A stretch of DNA of 64,000 nt. It comes from Octopus sinensis. Lineage: Eukaryota. Shown piece after piece: positions 61,348 through 64,000 of this stretch. The stretch's first letter is position 1, and every line of letters starts with the position of its first letter. The stretch spans positions 60,636,001 through 60,700,000 of the forward strand of contig NC_043000.1 in the NCBI RefSeq assembly GCF_006345805.1. The letters run 5' to 3'. A model generated the notes under the pieces. That model was given only the letters and a program-made list of their open reading frames with translations. It did no database searches and had not been told where the DNA came from. The translations under genes and the position numbers were made by a program.

Positions 61348-61499
61348 TTTATATATATACATACATACATATATATACATACATACATACATACATATAT
61401 ACATATATGTATGTATGTATGTGTGTGTATGTATATATATATTTTTTTTTTCATTTCATCCATATAGCTGTGGTCATGCTGGAGCACCACTGATTTTGC

Positions 61500-62410
61500 A
61501 CCTTATTTTATGATTCTCCTACAGCTAATTTCCTCAAGGTGGTGAGGTTTCATGTCACCATTCCAGTATGTGCTCTTGGCCCACTTGGTGTATAAGGGAA
61601 TTTGACTGCGCTGCCCTTGTCTGTACCTCAATGCTGGGCCATTGGTTCATCTGGTATTGTGGAGTGGAGAATGTCTAGTACCTCTTTGAAGACGTCTCCA
61701 TCCACATTGTGTAGGTTTCTTCATTTTTGTGGAAGAGCATTGAAGAGCTGTGGGTCTTTAAACCCTAAGCTATTGCAATGCCTGACCCTGAATTATAATG
61801 GAGTAGATGCTACCTTTGATACAATACAACAGCATTCATTTTTGGCATTTGTATAATACACAATACCAAAATTAGGTACTAGCCCTTCCAGAATATTCCA
61901 TATGTAGATTATTACATATCTGTTGCACTTTCACTCCAGGGAGTAAAGTCATAGTTTTTTCAGCTTCTTACTGTAACTCATCTGCTGCACTGTTACAATC
62001 TTTTTAGTATAGTGACATTGGACCATTTCAGACTCCACAGTTAGTTTGGCTCTATGTGGTGACCATAGCTGAGAGAAGCAGTCCAGGTGGCAAAGAACAA
62101 AGGTCTTCCACAGGGTTAATCTAACTACTTGATCTCTTTAGCTTGAAGGACATTAGTATCCATTCTGCTAGTTGTCTGCACTTTGCCTCCATCTTGGTAA
62201 TGTGCATATGAACTGATGCATCATTGCACATACTGATCCCCAAGCCTCTCACTACCTGTGACTCTGGGACTGCAGCACCTTCAGATCCTGTATATGCATG
62301 CTGTGTTGCATCTGTGAGTTGATAGTGCAGTGCTTGAAGTTTTCCAGCATTAAACTGCATATTGTTTACTTCAGCTCACTTGTATATTGCATTCAGGTCC
62401 AAGCATGGCC
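61500..62410 (-). mobile_element. CR1/L2-group LINE, decayed RT C-terminal fragment
   Basis: MQFNAGK..GLGI..CHLDY..WSP..KKL..LYSLE..YIWNILEGLVPNF. Confidence 0.75.
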
Positions 62411-63834
62411 AGTCTAATGACCAAAACCAGTAAAAGATAAATATATATATATATATATATATATATCAAATCTACCCATAAAGCTTTGGTTAGACTGGGG
62501 CTATAGTAGAAGACACTTGCTCAAGGTGTCATGCAATGGGACTGAACCAGGAACCATGTGGTTGGGAAGAAAACTTTTTTACAACATAACCAATTTGGAG
62601 TCAGTCAAATTCCATATAACATAAATCCTTGATGTATTAAAGTTAGTTCCACCTCTGCATGATGAATCATCTTTACCAAATGGCAAATATAACCAGCTCC
62701 ACTTGTGAAAAGGAGATAATCTCAACAATCCACAATTTCATGTGGCATTGTCTGTCCTCTTATCTCTGGACAATAAACCTATCCTCTTCAATGGCATTTT
62801 GGAGAAATCTTGATTCTTGACATTATATTCCCTTCCCATGTGAAGGGAAGATAATGTCCATTTGGTAATTATGCTACATCTTTTAGAAGTGGAGATGATT
62901 TTAATAAATCAAGAATATATATTGTATGTTATTTGACGTATTTTTATTTGTCTGTTATTTGAATGCATGCCACTGGTTACCTTGAACCAGTGTCTTCCAA
63001 CAAAGCTTTAGGTCGACCCTTTTGACAGGAATTTGGTAGATGAAAACTGCACAGAAGCCTATCTGGTGCATATGTTAATATCTGTGTTAATCTTTTGCTC
63101 AGTAAGAAATGTAAAGTTGGTGAGATAATGGAAATACCATTGCTTTCATGTCAAAATCATCATCATCATCATCATCGTTTAATGTTCGGTTTCCATGCTG
63201 GCATGGGTTGGACGATTTGACTAAGGACTGACGAACCAGATGGCTGCACTAGGCTTCAATCTGATCTGGCAGAGTTTCTACAGCTGGATGCCCTTCCTAA
63301 CACCAACCACTCCGAGAGTGTAGTGGGTGCTTTTATGTACCACTGGCACGAGGGCCAGTCAGGCAGTACTGGCAATGGCCACACTCAAATGGTGTTTTTT
63401 ACGTGCCACCTGCACAGGAGCCAGTCCAGCAGCACTGGCAATGACCTCACTCAAATATTTTTTTTTTTACATTGAAACACACCTATGAACAAAAGCATTT
63501 CAGCTATGACCATGCAAATATTTTAAAGTTATCTAGGACTACATTATCTAATGCAAACATTTCCTAGCCTTTCCTGTTGCTTGTGCACCTAAAACACTTG
63601 AATACTTACAACTGCTTCCTACTTTTACTGTTATACAGATAAGCACAGCTGTATGTAGTTTCAGGTTTCATTACACAGCATCTCTGGCAAATGTTATCCC
63701 CTATAGCGTTTGGCTGATCAGTGTCTGGTGAGTAATAGTGGTTAGAGTAGAGAGAGTTACCTTTGTGAGTCATACTAACTCATAAGGGCTGGTTTCCCAG
63801 CCTCATGGCGGAGACATTCCCCGCCTAGAAAGAA

Positions 63835-63995
63835 TGCCAGTCTGTCACCAGATTACTCGTTTTTGCAAGCCGAGTGGACTGGTGCAATGTGAAACGAAGT
63901 GTCCTGCCCAAGAATACAATGCATTGCTCAGTCCAGAAATTGAAACCACAATTTTACAATCAAGAATCCAGTACCCTAACCACCAAGCCACCAAC
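63835..63995 (-). mobile_element. tRNA-SINE head fragment
   Basis: TGGCTTGGTGGTTAGGG A-box region and TGTATTCTTGGGCAGGACACTT, like the 13364 family. Confidence 0.7.
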
Positions 63996-64000
63996 TCCAT

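Overview
AT-rich, repeat-saturated eukaryotic genomic DNA. The repeat families (RTE LINE with (GAT)n tail, tRNA-derived SINEs, R4/Dong, Penelope, microsatellites) look like a coleoid cephalopod, probably Octopus; this is an inference from recalled repeat families, not a database match. Most ORFs in the supplied track are microsatellite or transposon artefacts. The one host gene I can support is not reconstructed by the ORF track. It is a three-coding-exon + strand gene, join(33311..33588,48026..48139,49141..49270), with canonical GT-AG sites, matching phases and a downstream AATAAA. It encodes a 173-aa, probably secreted protein with a 7-cysteine Spaetzle/neurotrophin-like cystine-knot pattern. 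Mobile DNA includes: a near full-length RTE LINE with an open 1050-aa ORF (APE + RT + embedded PHD finger); an R4/Dong element whose 3' part plus a SINE and flank is amplified as a 2.16-kb tandem array; two CRE-clade elements; Penelope elements; a decayed Ty3/Gypsy element; two Tc1 copies and a Tigger/pogo fragment; hAT and Merlin-like MITEs with exact TSDs; and many SINEs and LINE 3' tails. A recurring non-coding theme is minimal type-I hammerhead ribozyme motifs, one apparently intact at 26256-26340, that sit in or beside long near-perfect palindromes. Boundaries of decayed elements are approximate.
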